64,000 nt of DNA from an uncultured delta proteobacterium (lineage in GTDB: Bacteria > Desulfobacterota > Desulfomonilia > UBA1062): positions 64,001-128,000 of the forward strand of contig CAWCTR010000030.1 of the NCBI GenBank assembly GCA_963798485.1, read 5' to 3'. Below, in pieces: positions 22,182-31,536 of this stretch (positions are counted from its first letter, which is position 1; every line of letters begins with the position of its first letter). Under the pieces are notes generated by a model that was not told the DNA's origin, made no database searches, and was given only the letters and a program-made list of their open reading frames with translations. The position numbers were made by a program, and so were the translations under genes.

Positions 22182-23315
22182 CTATGCCCTCATGTCAAAA
22201 GCGTCCGAATAGAACGCCTTCTTGATGCTGAAGATGGGATGGTGCTTTTTGAGGAAGCGGTACATGTGGGATTTGGCGCCCTCTCCTGCGGCCCAGAAAG
22301 AGTGGTTAAAGAGCTGGGAGGCCGGTGTGATGTGGTAGATGGCGTCCGTGGCCATCATCACGGCCGAGTTTGTCCAGGTGAGCTTATCTTCAGGCCAGAT
22401 GACCATGTCCGGGAAGGTGAAGCCGCACCAGAATGTGCCGTTCGAGTGTTTCTTGTTTTTGATCCAGCTCAGGACCGCCCCGGCCTTTTCGAGCTCGCCC
22501 ATCGCGGCCAACGTCAGGATGAGCTCGGAGGTCTCGGCAACGGTCACCCACGGGTTGTCGGAAACACAGCGTGCGCCGAGCCCTTCCACCATGAACTTGT
22601 TCCAGGACTTGTCGATTCGCTTCTTTGCCTCGCCCCCGGTAACAGCGCCGCAGAGTACGGGATAAAACCAGTCCATGGAAAAGCGCGCCTTGGTACGGTC
22701 GAAGAGGTGGGGACGGTAGCGTAGCGCATCGCCCAATCTCTGCAGCGCCGATTGCCAAGCAGGCCTGCTCTCGCCTAAGAGCAGGGCGAGGACGAGCGCG
22801 CACTTGAGGCTCATGAAGATGGAGCTGCAGCCGGTGAGGAGCGCCGTCGGGTCTTTGATCCCCAGAAAGTTTCTGGCCCAGTAGATCTCGCCGCTAGGCG
22901 CCTGGAGGTCCACGGCATAATCGATCCCGGCACAGATCGTGGGCCAGATGTATTCGAGGAACGGTCTGTCCTGGGTGATGAGGTAGTGGTGGAACACACC
23001 CACTGCTATGTATGACGACATATTGGATTCTTTGGTAAGGTCTTCGGGTATGCCGTTTCTATAAGAGGAATGCCAGCTGCCGTCTTCGAGCTGAATGGAT
23101 GCAAGCCATTCAAAGGCCTTACGGGCCTCTTCGTAGTAGCCGCCGATGGTAAGCCCGATGGCTGCCTCCACATGGTCCCACGGGTCGGTCTTTCCCCCTT
23201 CATGCCAGGGGATCTCGCCTGTCGGCCTCTGCTCTTCGGCAATGGATGAGGCCAGGGTCTCGATATCGATGGGCAGTGCCGGCCTTGATAGGCAACGGGC
23301 AGGGTCATGTTCCAT
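22182..23315 (-). CDS. (alpha/alpha)-barrel 'prenyltransferase-repeat' protein, MmpH-like glycoside hydrolase candidate
   Basis: IPWHEGGKTDPWDHVEAA, QLEDGSW, FSMDWFYPVL, WVTVAETSE; context with GT4 and methyltransferases. Confidence 0.7.
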   Translation of the reverse strand: MEHDPARCLSRPALPIDIETLASSIAEEQRPTGEIPWHEGGKTDPWDHVEAAIGLTIGGYYEEARKAFEWLASIQLEDGSWHSSYRNGIPEDLTKESNMSSYIAVGVFHHYLITQDRPFLEYIWPTICAGIDYAVDLQAPSGEIYWARNFLGIKDPTALLTGCSSIFMSLKCALVLALLLGESRPAWQSALQRLGDALRYRPHLFDRTKARFSMDWFYPVLCGAVTGGEAKKRIDKSWNKFMVEGLGARCVSDNPWVTVAETSELILTLAAMGELEKAGAVLSWIKNKKHSNGTFWCGFTFPDMVIWPEDKLTWTNSAVMMATDAIYHITPASQLFNHSFWAAGEGAKSHMYRFLKKHHPIFSIKKAFYSDAFDMRA

Positions 23316-24030
23316 AGGAACCACCTTTCTTCAAATAGAGTACAATGCTCTTGGCAATGAGAGGATTCAAGAGCCTGTCCAAGACCCTTGTCAGCAGCGG
23401 CTTCTTCATGATGTCCCAGACAAGGAACTTGTGGTAGAGCTTCACGGGCAAGGCATTGTCATTTTTATGCCCCGCCATGCACTTGATCCACCAGTAGGGG
23501 CTGTGCAGGGCATGTGCCCAGCCCGCCTCAACGCATGTAGCCCCTGCTCTCTGTAAAAGGCCGATGAGCTCATTTTTGCGGTAGATCCTTATATGGCCGC
23601 CCTCTTCATGGTGATAGGCCTCCGAAAGGGCCCAGCATATACGCTCGGGCAGATACCTTGGTACGCTCACCACCAGGGATTTCCCGGGTTTGAGTACGCG
23701 GATGATCTCTTTCATTGCCTTTGTATGGTCGGGGATGTGTTCGAGGACCTCAGAGCAGATCACGATATCGAAGGAGGCGTCTGTGAACGGGAGCCTGGTG
23801 ACATCGCTCACCATAACAAGCGCCGCCCCGCCGCCGTCTTCGTGCTCGTGCCGCATGATCTTCGTGGTGTTGTGGGCCTTGAGCGCATCGTGTTTTTTCA
23901 GGTCGATCCCCACCACGCTCACCCCTTTGGCGCGGAAGGCCTCACTCAGGTGGCGTCCGCCTCCACAGCCCGCATCGAGGACCTTTGTCCCGGGCATGAG
24001 GTCGAGCTTATTGAAGTCAACGGTGAGCAA
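23305..24030 (-). CDS. Class I SAM methyltransferase (Methyltransf_11)
   Basis: TTG start (MLTVDFNKL) with GGGAGG RBS overlapping the GT stop; VLDAGCGGGRH, LPF..SEVLEHI, GGHIRIY, HALHSPYWW. Confidence 0.85.
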   Translation of the reverse strand: MLTVDFNKLDLMPGTKVLDAGCGGGRHLSEAFRAKGVSVVGIDLKKHDALKAHNTTKIMRHEHEDGGGAALVMVSDVTRLPFTDASFDIVICSEVLEHIPDHTKAMKEIIRVLKPGKSLVVSVPRYLPERICWALSEAYHHEEGGHIRIYRKNELIGLLQRAGATCVEAGWAHALHSPYWWIKCMAGHKNDNALPVKLYHKFLVWDIMKKPLLTRVLDRLLNPLIAKSIVLYLKKGGSYGT

Positions 24031-25312
24031 TGATAGCCTCCCGGTAGACCTCCACCACCTGCTTGGCGGTATTGAGCCAGGTAAAGTTCTTTCTTGCCCG
24101 GTCGTATCCGGCCTCGGCAAGGCGTGTGCGTTTGCCCGGGTCGTCCAGGAGATCAATGATGGCAGCCTCAAGGGCCTTGGCGTCGCCCGGAGGGACCAGC
24201 ACGCCTGCATTGCCTACCACCTCGGGCAAGGCGCCTCCAGTAGTGCTGATGACCGGCACCTTACAGGCCATGGCCTCACCGGCCGGCAGCCCGAAGCCCT
24301 CATAGATGGAGGGGACTACGGCCATGGTAGTCCTGGCATAGTACTGGGCGAACTCGGAGTCATCGATGCGGCCGGTGAAGGTGATGTAGTCGTGTGCATT
24401 GAGGCTCTTTACCAGCTTGTCGATGACGCCGTCCTTCTTTGGGGTTCCGATGACCGTGAGGTGCACGTCTCGCTTCTTTCTTATCATGGCTATGGCCTCG
24501 ATGAGAAAGCGCAGGCCCTTGAGCGGCGTGTCGGCGCTGTTGGTGACCATGATTTGGTTGTCGAGTCTTTTCACCCCGGCCAGGGTATGGAAGATGTCCG
24601 TATTGATGCCGTTGGCCACCACGCGGAACCGGTCATTGGGAATGGAGAATGCCCGGCTGATATCTGTTTTGGATGCCTCGGATACGGTAATGATATGGGA
24701 AAGTCTCCGGGAGACTCTTCCCTGCATGCTCAGGAAAGAATACCACCTGCGCACCTTCCATTTGCGCCAGAAGACCTTCTCTGATGCAATCTCCACATCG
24801 CGGTCCACGGTGATGGGGTGGTGGATAGTGGCGACAGTAGGGATGCCAAGGTTCTTGATTCCCAGTATGCCATAGGCCAGGCACTGGTTGTCATGCACGA
24901 CGTCGTAACGATGACGGTTTTCCCGCATGAAGTTGAAATAGCGCATGGAGTTCGTAAAGGGTTCCGGGAAACCGCCGCTGGAAACGCCGAGCCATTCGAG
25001 TATGTTGATGGGCGATCTCAGCTCTCTCAGGCTTGGGAGGCGGAAGAGGTCGTCAGGATTGTAGAGGTCGAGGCTCGGCAATGTATGGAGCGGGATATCC
25101 TCATCGATTATCGGATAGGGGGGGCCTGAGACGACCTCCACCATGTGGCCGAGATCTTTCAGCGCGCGGCTCAGCCTTTTGATGTACACCCCCTGACCGC
25201 CGCTGGTGGGTTTGCCGCGGTAGGTATAGAGGCAGATCCTCAGAGGCGTATCCTTGGTCCGCCGGCGTGTCCCTGGGGAGAAACCCTCTTGGGTTGCGGT
25301 TATCGATGACAT
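24017..25312 (-). CDS. GT4 family glycosyltransferase (ManT-like)
   Basis: SGGQGVY, SGPPYP, HDNQCL, TIHHPIT, YEGFGLPAGEAMAC (Ex7E). Confidence 0.85.
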   Translation of the reverse strand: MSSITATQEGFSPGTRRRTKDTPLRICLYTYRGKPTSGGQGVYIKRLSRALKDLGHMVEVVSGPPYPIIDEDIPLHTLPSLDLYNPDDLFRLPSLRELRSPINILEWLGVSSGGFPEPFTNSMRYFNFMRENRHRYDVVHDNQCLAYGILGIKNLGIPTVATIHHPITVDRDVEIASEKVFWRKWKVRRWYSFLSMQGRVSRRLSHIITVSEASKTDISRAFSIPNDRFRVVANGINTDIFHTLAGVKRLDNQIMVTNSADTPLKGLRFLIEAIAMIRKKRDVHLTVIGTPKKDGVIDKLVKSLNAHDYITFTGRIDDSEFAQYYARTTMAVVPSIYEGFGLPAGEAMACKVPVISTTGGALPEVVGNAGVLVPPGDAKALEAAIIDLLDDPGKRTRLAEAGYDRARKNFTWLNTAKQVVEVYREAIIAHR

Positions 25313-25512
25313 GGCACCAATACATCCTTTGGGAAAAAGTATGCCCGAACACACCTATGCATGCAATTCATGAGCAACACAGCATACTAGCAACTCTGCG
25401 CTGTCAAAGCAAGGAAATTTCTGATCATTGTCACCCATAGAAACAAGCCTTCCAGAGACGAGTGCCTCCATAGCTTAAGGGTTTTACTCCATCCGGCCGA
25501 TCAAGTGAACAT

Positions 25513-25719
25513 ATGGACATCTCTACATCGCTCCTCTTAGGCGTGTTGTTCGGATCAATCGGTATGGGTTATATCGTCTATGGCAAGAAACAACGCAAAG
25601 GCATGGCATTGTTTTCAGGGATCTCCCTGTGTATCTTTCCCTATTGTGTATCCAATATCTTTTTGTTTGTCCTTATCGGTCTGGTGCTCATGGCGTTGCC
25701 GTTCTTCATACGGTACTGA
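25513..25719 (+). CDS. Small membrane protein (3 TM)
   Basis: Hydrophobic 68 aa, GSIGMGYIVYGKKQ, FPY. Confidence 0.7.
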   Translation: MDISTSLLLGVLFGSIGMGYIVYGKKQRKGMALFSGISLCIFPYCVSNIFLFVLIGLVLMALPFFIRY

Positions 25720-25735
25720 GGTTCAGCTGCGATGT

Positions 25736-25859
25736 GTTGGGTTTCGTCCCTCAACCCAACCTACGTCTGAGGTTCAATTCAGTAAGGGGACAGTATAAGA
25801 TTTTCCTATGTAGGTTGGGTTGAGCAAAGCGAAACCCAACCTATAAAACCCAACCTATA
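25736..25859. repeat. Inverted pair of GTAG-type REP elements (REPIN) plus partial third copy
   Basis: GTTGGGTTTCGTCCCTCAACCCAACCTAC (25736-25764) inverted to GTAGGTTGGGTTGAGCAAAGCGAAACCCAAC (25810-25840); extra AAACCCAACCTATA. Confidence 0.8.
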
Positions 25860-25869
25860 TATTGCTGCC

Positions 25870-26109
25870 TTACCTACCGGTGAAGAACCGTTCAATGAGC
25901 ATCTGCCTGAGCTTGTCCACAACCTCAGGGCTTACGCAGCATGGCTGTTTGATTTTCTGAGAGAGTTCTATGGTGAGTGAGTAGGTCTTGAAGCAGATCT
26001 TGCATTTTTCACAGACCCCGAATTTGCTGTTCATCTCATCGATGATGTCCTGGGAGAGGGTGTTATCCAAGTAATCCTGGAATAAGGAGGAACAGACCAT
26101 GCATTTCAT
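25870..26109 (-). CDS. Soluble Cys-rich anti-sigma factor (zf-HC2-like)
   Basis: C..DYLDNTL..CxxC pattern; ATGA overlap with ECF sigma. Confidence 0.7.
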   Translation of the reverse strand: MKCMVCSSLFQDYLDNTLSQDIIDEMNSKFGVCEKCKICFKTYSLTIELSQKIKQPCCVSPEVVDKLRQMLIERFFTGR

Positions 26110-26717
26110 ATGCCTTCTCCTTCAGGTTGTGTATATTTCCTGAAATAGCCGGCCAGGACATCCCTCAGGATAAGCCGTCCCCGATGGAGCCTGGATTTGA
26201 CGGCAGGGACGCTCACGCCTAAGGACTGTGCGATCTCTTCGTTGGAGAACCCCTCCACATCTTTCATGATGACCACGGTCCTCATGGCCTCGGGCAGCGA
26301 GTCGATGGAGCCCTGGAGGATGGTCCTGCTTTCCTCGGACAGGAGAATATCGTCCGGCAGGGTCGACCAGTCGTACTCGTAATCCTGAGACGGCTCCTGG
26401 TCGATCTCCTCGATGGTGGTCTGCTCGGTAAACTTCTTCTCTTTTCGAAGGAACCCGTATGAGGCATTTGTGGCTACACGGTAGAGCCAGGTGGAAAAGT
26501 ATGCGTCATTGGTCAGCGTATTGATCTTGGCGATAACGGTGAGGAAGACCTCCTGCATGATCTCTTCGGCTGCAGAGGCATCACGGGTGAGATGGTATGC
26601 GAGATTATACACCTTGTTCGAATATCTCCTCACTATCTCCTCCATGGCGGCTGCATTGCCATGCTTGATGTCCTTCACCAAGATTGCATCAGAAATTATT
26701 CCCTTTTTCTTACCCAT
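26106..26717 (-). CDS. ECF sigma factor
   Basis: AEEIMQEVF, FSTWLYRVATN, EEIAQSLGVSVPAVKSRLHRGR. Confidence 0.93.
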   Translation of the reverse strand: MGKKKGIISDAILVKDIKHGNAAAMEEIVRRYSNKVYNLAYHLTRDASAAEEIMQEVFLTVIAKINTLTNDAYFSTWLYRVATNASYGFLRKEKKFTEQTTIEEIDQEPSQDYEYDWSTLPDDILLSEESRTILQGSIDSLPEAMRTVVIMKDVEGFSNEEIAQSLGVSVPAVKSRLHRGRLILRDVLAGYFRKYTQPEGEGI

Positions 26718-26730
26718 TTAGATACCTGCT

Positions 26731-28206
26731 TTATCCTGATGGATTCAAATCATTCCATGTGAGAATGAGATTGCGCGCAGCACTTACCTCATCCACGCGC
26801 GTTACGGGCATGCCGCGGGGGCCTTCTTGCAAGGTTCCCGGCGAGTTTGCCGCCCTTATGGCCACGGATTCCATGGCCTGGGCAAACCTTTTCAATTCGC
26901 TCAAAGGCTCACTCTCGGTCGGCTCTATCATGATTGCCCCCGGCACCACCAGCGGAAAGTAAACAGTGGGCGGGTGGAAGCCGTATTCCATGAGCGCCTT
27001 GGCCATGTCGATGGTGGTGGCGCCATATGATTTCTGTTTCTTGTCGGAAAGTACGAACTCGTGCATCGTAGGCGTTGTATAGGGCAGATCAAATATCGCC
27101 TTGAGCCTGCTTTTAAGGTAGTTGGCATTCAGGCATGCCCTTATGGATGCCTCCTTGAGGCCTGAGGCGCCAAGGCTCAGGCAAAAGACATAGGCCTTGA
27201 GAAGGACCGAGGTATTCCCCATGCTTGAGTGGACCATTCCGATGCTTTCAGGGTTATCGGCCTGCAGGCCCAGTTTCCCTGAAGTATCGCGCACGATAGA
27301 GGGTATGGGAAGGAAGCCGGCCAGCTCTTCCTTCACCAGCACAGGGCCGCTCCCGGGGCCTCCCCCGCCGTGGGGGGCGCCGAAGGTCTTGTGAAGGTTT
27401 ATGTGCATGCAGTCCACACCGACATCACCCGGCCTGACTATCCCCATGATGGCGTTCAGGTTCGCCCCGTCCATGTAGAGGTACGATCCGTTCTCGTGAA
27501 GGAGTCGGGCTATCTCCATGATCTCTTTTTCAAATATCCCTAAGGTGTTGGGGTTGGTGATCATGAGGGCCGCAATGTCATCCGTCAGGAGGCCCTTGAG
27601 GTCGAAGGCCCGCAGAAAGCCGTCAGGGCCTGATGCGATGTTCACGGTCTCGAACCCGGCGATGGTGCAGGATGCAGGGTTGGTGCCGTGGGCCGTATCC
27701 GGGATGAGCACCTTGGTGCGCTTAGAGCCCTTCTTCTTTATGGCCTCCTTGATGACAAGCATGCCGGTAAGCTCGCCGTGGGCGCCTGCGGCGGGCCATA
27801 AACAACAATCATCCATGCCGCAGATGTCTTCAAGGATGCGTTTCAGCCCATATAACCATTCAAGCACACCCTCGGTTGCCGCCTTGTCTGCCGGATGGAT
27901 GGCCGCGATGGCCCGCGCGATCTCCTCGCTTATTTTCGGGTTGTATTTCATGGTGCACGAGCCCAGGGGATACATGCCCTGGTCGATTCCGAAGTTGAGC
28001 CGTGAGAGCCTGGTAAAGTGGCGCACCGTCTCCACCTCCGAGACCTCGGGCAACCCGGGCAGTTCAGGGTTTACATGGATATCCTTGCATAATGAGCCGT
28101 CAAAGGGCCGAGGGGTTGCCAGGCCGTTCCTGCCTTGGCCCGAGAGTTCTGCAAGCAGGGGCTCTGGGATGACTGGGAAGCTTGTCACAGCAGGTGTGTC
28201 AGGCAT
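26731..28206 (-). CDS. gcvPB: Glycine dehydrogenase subunit 2
   Basis: YPLGSCTMKYNP, AHGTNPAS, LHKTFGAPHGGGGPG. Confidence 0.95.
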   Translation of the reverse strand: MPDTPAVTSFPVIPEPLLAELSGQGRNGLATPRPFDGSLCKDIHVNPELPGLPEVSEVETVRHFTRLSRLNFGIDQGMYPLGSCTMKYNPKISEEIARAIAAIHPADKAATEGVLEWLYGLKRILEDICGMDDCCLWPAAGAHGELTGMLVIKEAIKKKGSKRTKVLIPDTAHGTNPASCTIAGFETVNIASGPDGFLRAFDLKGLLTDDIAALMITNPNTLGIFEKEIMEIARLLHENGSYLYMDGANLNAIMGIVRPGDVGVDCMHINLHKTFGAPHGGGGPGSGPVLVKEELAGFLPIPSIVRDTSGKLGLQADNPESIGMVHSSMGNTSVLLKAYVFCLSLGASGLKEASIRACLNANYLKSRLKAIFDLPYTTPTMHEFVLSDKKQKSYGATTIDMAKALMEYGFHPPTVYFPLVVPGAIMIEPTESEPLSELKRFAQAMESVAIRAANSPGTLQEGPRGMPVTRVDEVSAARNLILTWNDLNPSG

Positions 28207-29486
28207 CTGATATCCTCATCCGTGTTCATCTCGGTCATGGTCATGAGCACCCCGTCTTCAATCTCCGGATAGTGAGGTGCCAAGGGGATGCCATAGGCAA
28301 TGCCCTTTTCCTCTAGTTTCATGCGGGCGCCCCTGTCAATGCGGACCACGAATTCGTTGAACACGGCTGATGGGAAGACAGGGCTTATCCCTTTTTCCTG
28401 TAATGCCGCCATCAGGGTGCGCGCCCCTGCGGCGCACTGCATGGCCACCTCGCGCAGACCCCTGGGCCCGAGAGCGCTCAGATAAACCGCGGCTCGTAAT
28501 GTGCACAGACCCTCGTTGGTGCATATGTTCGAAGTGGCCTTTTCCCTACGGATATGCTGCTCGCGTGTGGAGAGCGTCAGGCAGAAGGCGCGTTTGCCTG
28601 AGAGGTCTTTCGTAAGACCTACGATCCTGCCCGGTATGCGCCGGATATGCTCTCTCTTGGTGCAGAAGAACCCCAGTAACGGCCCTCCTGCATTTGCCGG
28701 GTTGCCCAATGACTGGGCCTCGCCCACCACCACGTCGCACCCAAAGGAGCCGGGCGGCTTAAGCGCCCCGAAAGAGAGGGCCTCGCCTACTACTATGCCC
28801 CAGAATCCTGCCTTGGCTGCGATGTGTGAGATGCTCTCCAGGTCCTCGATGATGCCGAAATAGTTCGGCTGCTGGATGAAGAACGCGGTATTGCCGTCTA
28901 AAAGGTCTTCCAGCGCCTTTGTGCTTATCTTTCCCGTCACAGGGTCAAAGGGCGCCTCCACGAGGGTAACGGCAGGGTTATTTTTGAAATAAGTCTGCAC
29001 TACGCCCAGGTAGGCAGGGTTCGTGGCGCGGGAGATAACGACCCTCTCAACCCCCTTTGCCCGCGTAGCCATGATGGCCGCCTCTGCCAGGGCAGTTGCG
29101 CCGTCGTACATGGAGGCGTTCGATGCATCCATACCGGTCAGCGTCGCCATCATGCTCTGGAATTCGAAGGTGGCCTGCAGCGTTCCCTGGCTGATCTCCG
29201 GTTGGTAGGGGGTATAGGAGGTGAGGAATTCCTGCCGTGAGGCCACCATGTCCACAACAGCAGGGATGAAGTGCCGATAGATCCCGCCACCCAGGAAGGC
29301 GGCCCCTTGCGCCGGCACCTGGAAGCGCCTGCGGAGAGCAAGCTCATCAAGGGGGCCTTCCACCTTGAGCGGTGCCTTGCATCGGGCCTCTTCCGGGATG
29401 CCCGTGAAGAGCTGTTCAACATCATCGATACCTATCGCATCGAGGAGCTCTTTGAGGTCATGGCCGCTTGTGGGGAGAAAGGGCAT
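28185..29486 (-). CDS. gcvPA: Glycine dehydrogenase subunit 1
   Basis: YTPYQPEISQG, NASMYDGA, TREQHIRREKATSNICT. Confidence 0.95.
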   Translation of the reverse strand: MPFLPTSGHDLKELLDAIGIDDVEQLFTGIPEEARCKAPLKVEGPLDELALRRRFQVPAQGAAFLGGGIYRHFIPAVVDMVASRQEFLTSYTPYQPEISQGTLQATFEFQSMMATLTGMDASNASMYDGATALAEAAIMATRAKGVERVVISRATNPAYLGVVQTYFKNNPAVTLVEAPFDPVTGKISTKALEDLLDGNTAFFIQQPNYFGIIEDLESISHIAAKAGFWGIVVGEALSFGALKPPGSFGCDVVVGEAQSLGNPANAGGPLLGFFCTKREHIRRIPGRIVGLTKDLSGKRAFCLTLSTREQHIRREKATSNICTNEGLCTLRAAVYLSALGPRGLREVAMQCAAGARTLMAALQEKGISPVFPSAVFNEFVVRIDRGARMKLEEKGIAYGIPLAPHYPEIEDGVLMTMTEMNTDEDIRCLTHLL

Positions 29487-29876
29487 CTACTTGGCTTCTT
29501 TCGCAAGATAGTCCCGGTAGGCGTCCGTATCCATGAGGCTGCCGAGCCCACCGGTTTCAGGGGAGGCAATGACGACCATCCATCCCCTGCCATAGCAGTC
29601 CTGGTTGACGAGTTCAGGGCTCGTCTCCAGTTCGGCGTTTACCTCGGTTATTGTACCTTACATCGGCGAGTAGACCTCGGAAACCGCCTTGACCGACTCC
29701 ACCGTACCGATGGAATCGCCCTTTTTCACCGTGCTGCCCACGGGCTTGAGGTCTACAAACACAATGTCCCCAAGCTCATGCTGGGCATAGTCCGTGATAC
29801 CCAGGCGCACCGAGCCGTTTTCCGTCTTTGCCCACTCATGTTCTTTCGTATAGCGCAAACCATCCGGAATATTCAT
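29487..29876 (-). pseudogene. gcvH: Glycine cleavage H protein with in-frame TAA at codon 73 (nonsense mutation or sequence error)
   Basis: HEW, GITDYAQ, lipoyl VESVKA; YSPM-TAA(29658-29660)-GTITEVN...NQDCYGRGW continues in frame to TAG 29487. Confidence 0.9.
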
Positions 29877-29902
29877 CTTATGCCCTCACAAAAAATAAAA
29901 AT

Positions 29903-30982
29903 TCACGCCTTGAGAACCCCGCTCACAAAAGGAGGCCTTTTTATGCGCGCCTTCAGGTTCCTGTCCCTCACCTCGATGAAGACCTCGTCGCCCTCTTTAA
30001 CGGCCGTATCTATGTAGCCGAGCGCTATGCCCGAGCCTGAAACCGGGGAGATGCTCCCTGATGTGACAATACCCACCTCGTTGCCAGCCTTGATGCACCT
30101 ACAGCCCTCGCGCGGGATGCCCCTATCCAGTACTATAAGGCCTGTAAGCCTTCTTGTGAAGCCCTTTTGCTGCTGATCAAGAAGGGCCTGCCTGCCGATG
30201 AAGTCAGCCTTCTTCAGGTCCACGGCAAAGCCCAGCCCCGCTTCAAGCGGGGTTGTGTCCTCGGTGATGTCGTTGCCGTGAAGGGGATAGCCCATTTCGA
30301 GCCTCAGCGTGTCGCGTGCACCCAGCCCACACGGGACAGCGCCAGCGTTTATGAACGACTGCCAGAGGACAGGGGCTTTTTCAGGAGAAAGGAAGATCTC
30401 CACCCCGCCTGCACCGGTGTAGCCGGTGAGTGAGATAATGAGCCGGCCATAGTCTTTGGTGTCCTGCACGACAAAGGTATGAAAAGGGAGACCCTCGATA
30501 TTGAATGCAAGGCAGGTCGTAAGGATTTGACCCGAGGCCGGGCCCTGGAGCGCAATCATGGCATAGCCCTCGCTAACGTCTTCGATGATGGCGCCGCAGG
30601 TGTTCTGCTTGAGCATCCAGCCATAATCCTTATCCTTGTTCGCGGAATTGACGCAGAGCAGGTAGCGTTTTCCTGGCTCCATGCAGTAGCTGAACAGGTC
30701 GTCTATGATGCCGCCCTTTTCGTTCAGAAAGAAGGTGTACAGGGCCTGCCCCTTTTTCATGGAGGCGATGTCCCTGGTGAGGAGGTGGTCGAGATAACGT
30801 ACGGCCATGTCTCCTTTCACCTCGATCTCGCCCATATGGCTCACGTCGAAAAGGCCTGCATGCCTCCTGGTGGCCATGTGCTCTTCCTTGATGCCGGTAT
30901 ACCAGACAGGCATTTCCCAGCCATGGAAATCCACCATCTTGGCCTTAAGATTTTCATGCTCATGATGGAGCGGGGTCTTCAT
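29903..30982 (-). CDS. gcvT: Aminomethyltransferase
   Basis: KTPL, FDVSHMG, TGYTG, GLGARDTLRLEMG; start 30982 with GAGG RBS. Confidence 0.95.
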   Translation of the reverse strand: MKTPLHHEHENLKAKMVDFHGWEMPVWYTGIKEEHMATRRHAGLFDVSHMGEIEVKGDMAVRYLDHLLTRDIASMKKGQALYTFFLNEKGGIIDDLFSYCMEPGKRYLLCVNSANKDKDYGWMLKQNTCGAIIEDVSEGYAMIALQGPASGQILTTCLAFNIEGLPFHTFVVQDTKDYGRLIISLTGYTGAGGVEIFLSPEKAPVLWQSFINAGAVPCGLGARDTLRLEMGYPLHGNDITEDTTPLEAGLGFAVDLKKADFIGRQALLDQQQKGFTRRLTGLIVLDRGIPREGCRCIKAGNEVGIVTSGSISPVSGSGIALGYIDTAVKEGDEVFIEVRDRNLKARIKRPPFVSGVLKA

Positions 30983-31081
30983 GGAAACCTCTTCATTCAT
31001 ATCATCAACGAAAACCGGTGAATGCCTCATCTTTAGCATGCACGAACGAGACATGCAACAGGCGAGCATAGCATAGCTGAA

Positions 31082-31223
31082 AGACCTTTGTATAACCTAC
31101 CCATCGGTCATTGCGAGGAGCCGAAGGCGACGTGGCAATCTCATAAAACTCGAACTGTGCCAAGATGCAGGTATTGCTTCGCTTCGCTCGCAATGACTGA
31201 CATAGGGTTATGCAATAGCCTCT
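31082..31223. repeat. GTCATTGCGAG...CTCGCAATGAC palindromic element inside imperfect terminal inverted repeats (MITE-like)
   Basis: Perfect 11-bp IR 31107-31117/31187-31197; outer TTGTATAACC / GGTTATGCAA. Confidence 0.7.
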
Positions 31224-31233
31224 AAAGAGTATA

Positions 31234-31360
31234 ATTCCAATTCTCAATCAAAGCGCTATCTTTGTCGGCTTCGTTATCGGCTCCTCGACGTACGATTAAA
31301 GTACGCCTGCGTCGCCTCTTCCTTGCCACCTCGATATCATCTTTGATTTAGAAAGGGAAT
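31234..31360. mobile_element. 127-bp MITE/palindromic element (RPE1-like core)
   Basis: TIRs ATTCCAATTCTCAATCAAAG / CTTTGATTTAGAAAGGGAAT (17/20); core CTCCTCGACGTAC..GTACGCCTGCG. Confidence 0.7.
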
Positions 31361-31464
31361 AAGACATGTTGATTACCCGAATCCTTGACGAACGACGTAG
31401 TCTGCAGTGTCAGTCGGGGTTAAATCTTTAACCCGGATTTTGCTTTTGGGAGCCAGGGAAAATC

Positions 31465-31536
31465 TGTAGGAGCGGCTTCAGCCGCGATTTGTGCGGAGAA
31501 TACATGAATTTTATCGCGGCTAAAGCCGCTCCTACA
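31465..31536. repeat. REPIN of two inverted GTAG REPs
   Basis: TGTAGGAGCGGCTTCAGCCGCGAT / ATCGCGGCTAAAGCCGCTCCTACA. Confidence 0.85.

Noticed and set aside
29658-29660. Stop-codon recoding in gcvH
   Set aside because: The codon is TAA, which serves as a normal stop throughout the window; no recoding signal seen
25736-31536. CRISPR array from the palindromic repeats
   Set aside because: The repeats are inverted pairs of different families, not regularly spaced direct repeats; no cas genes
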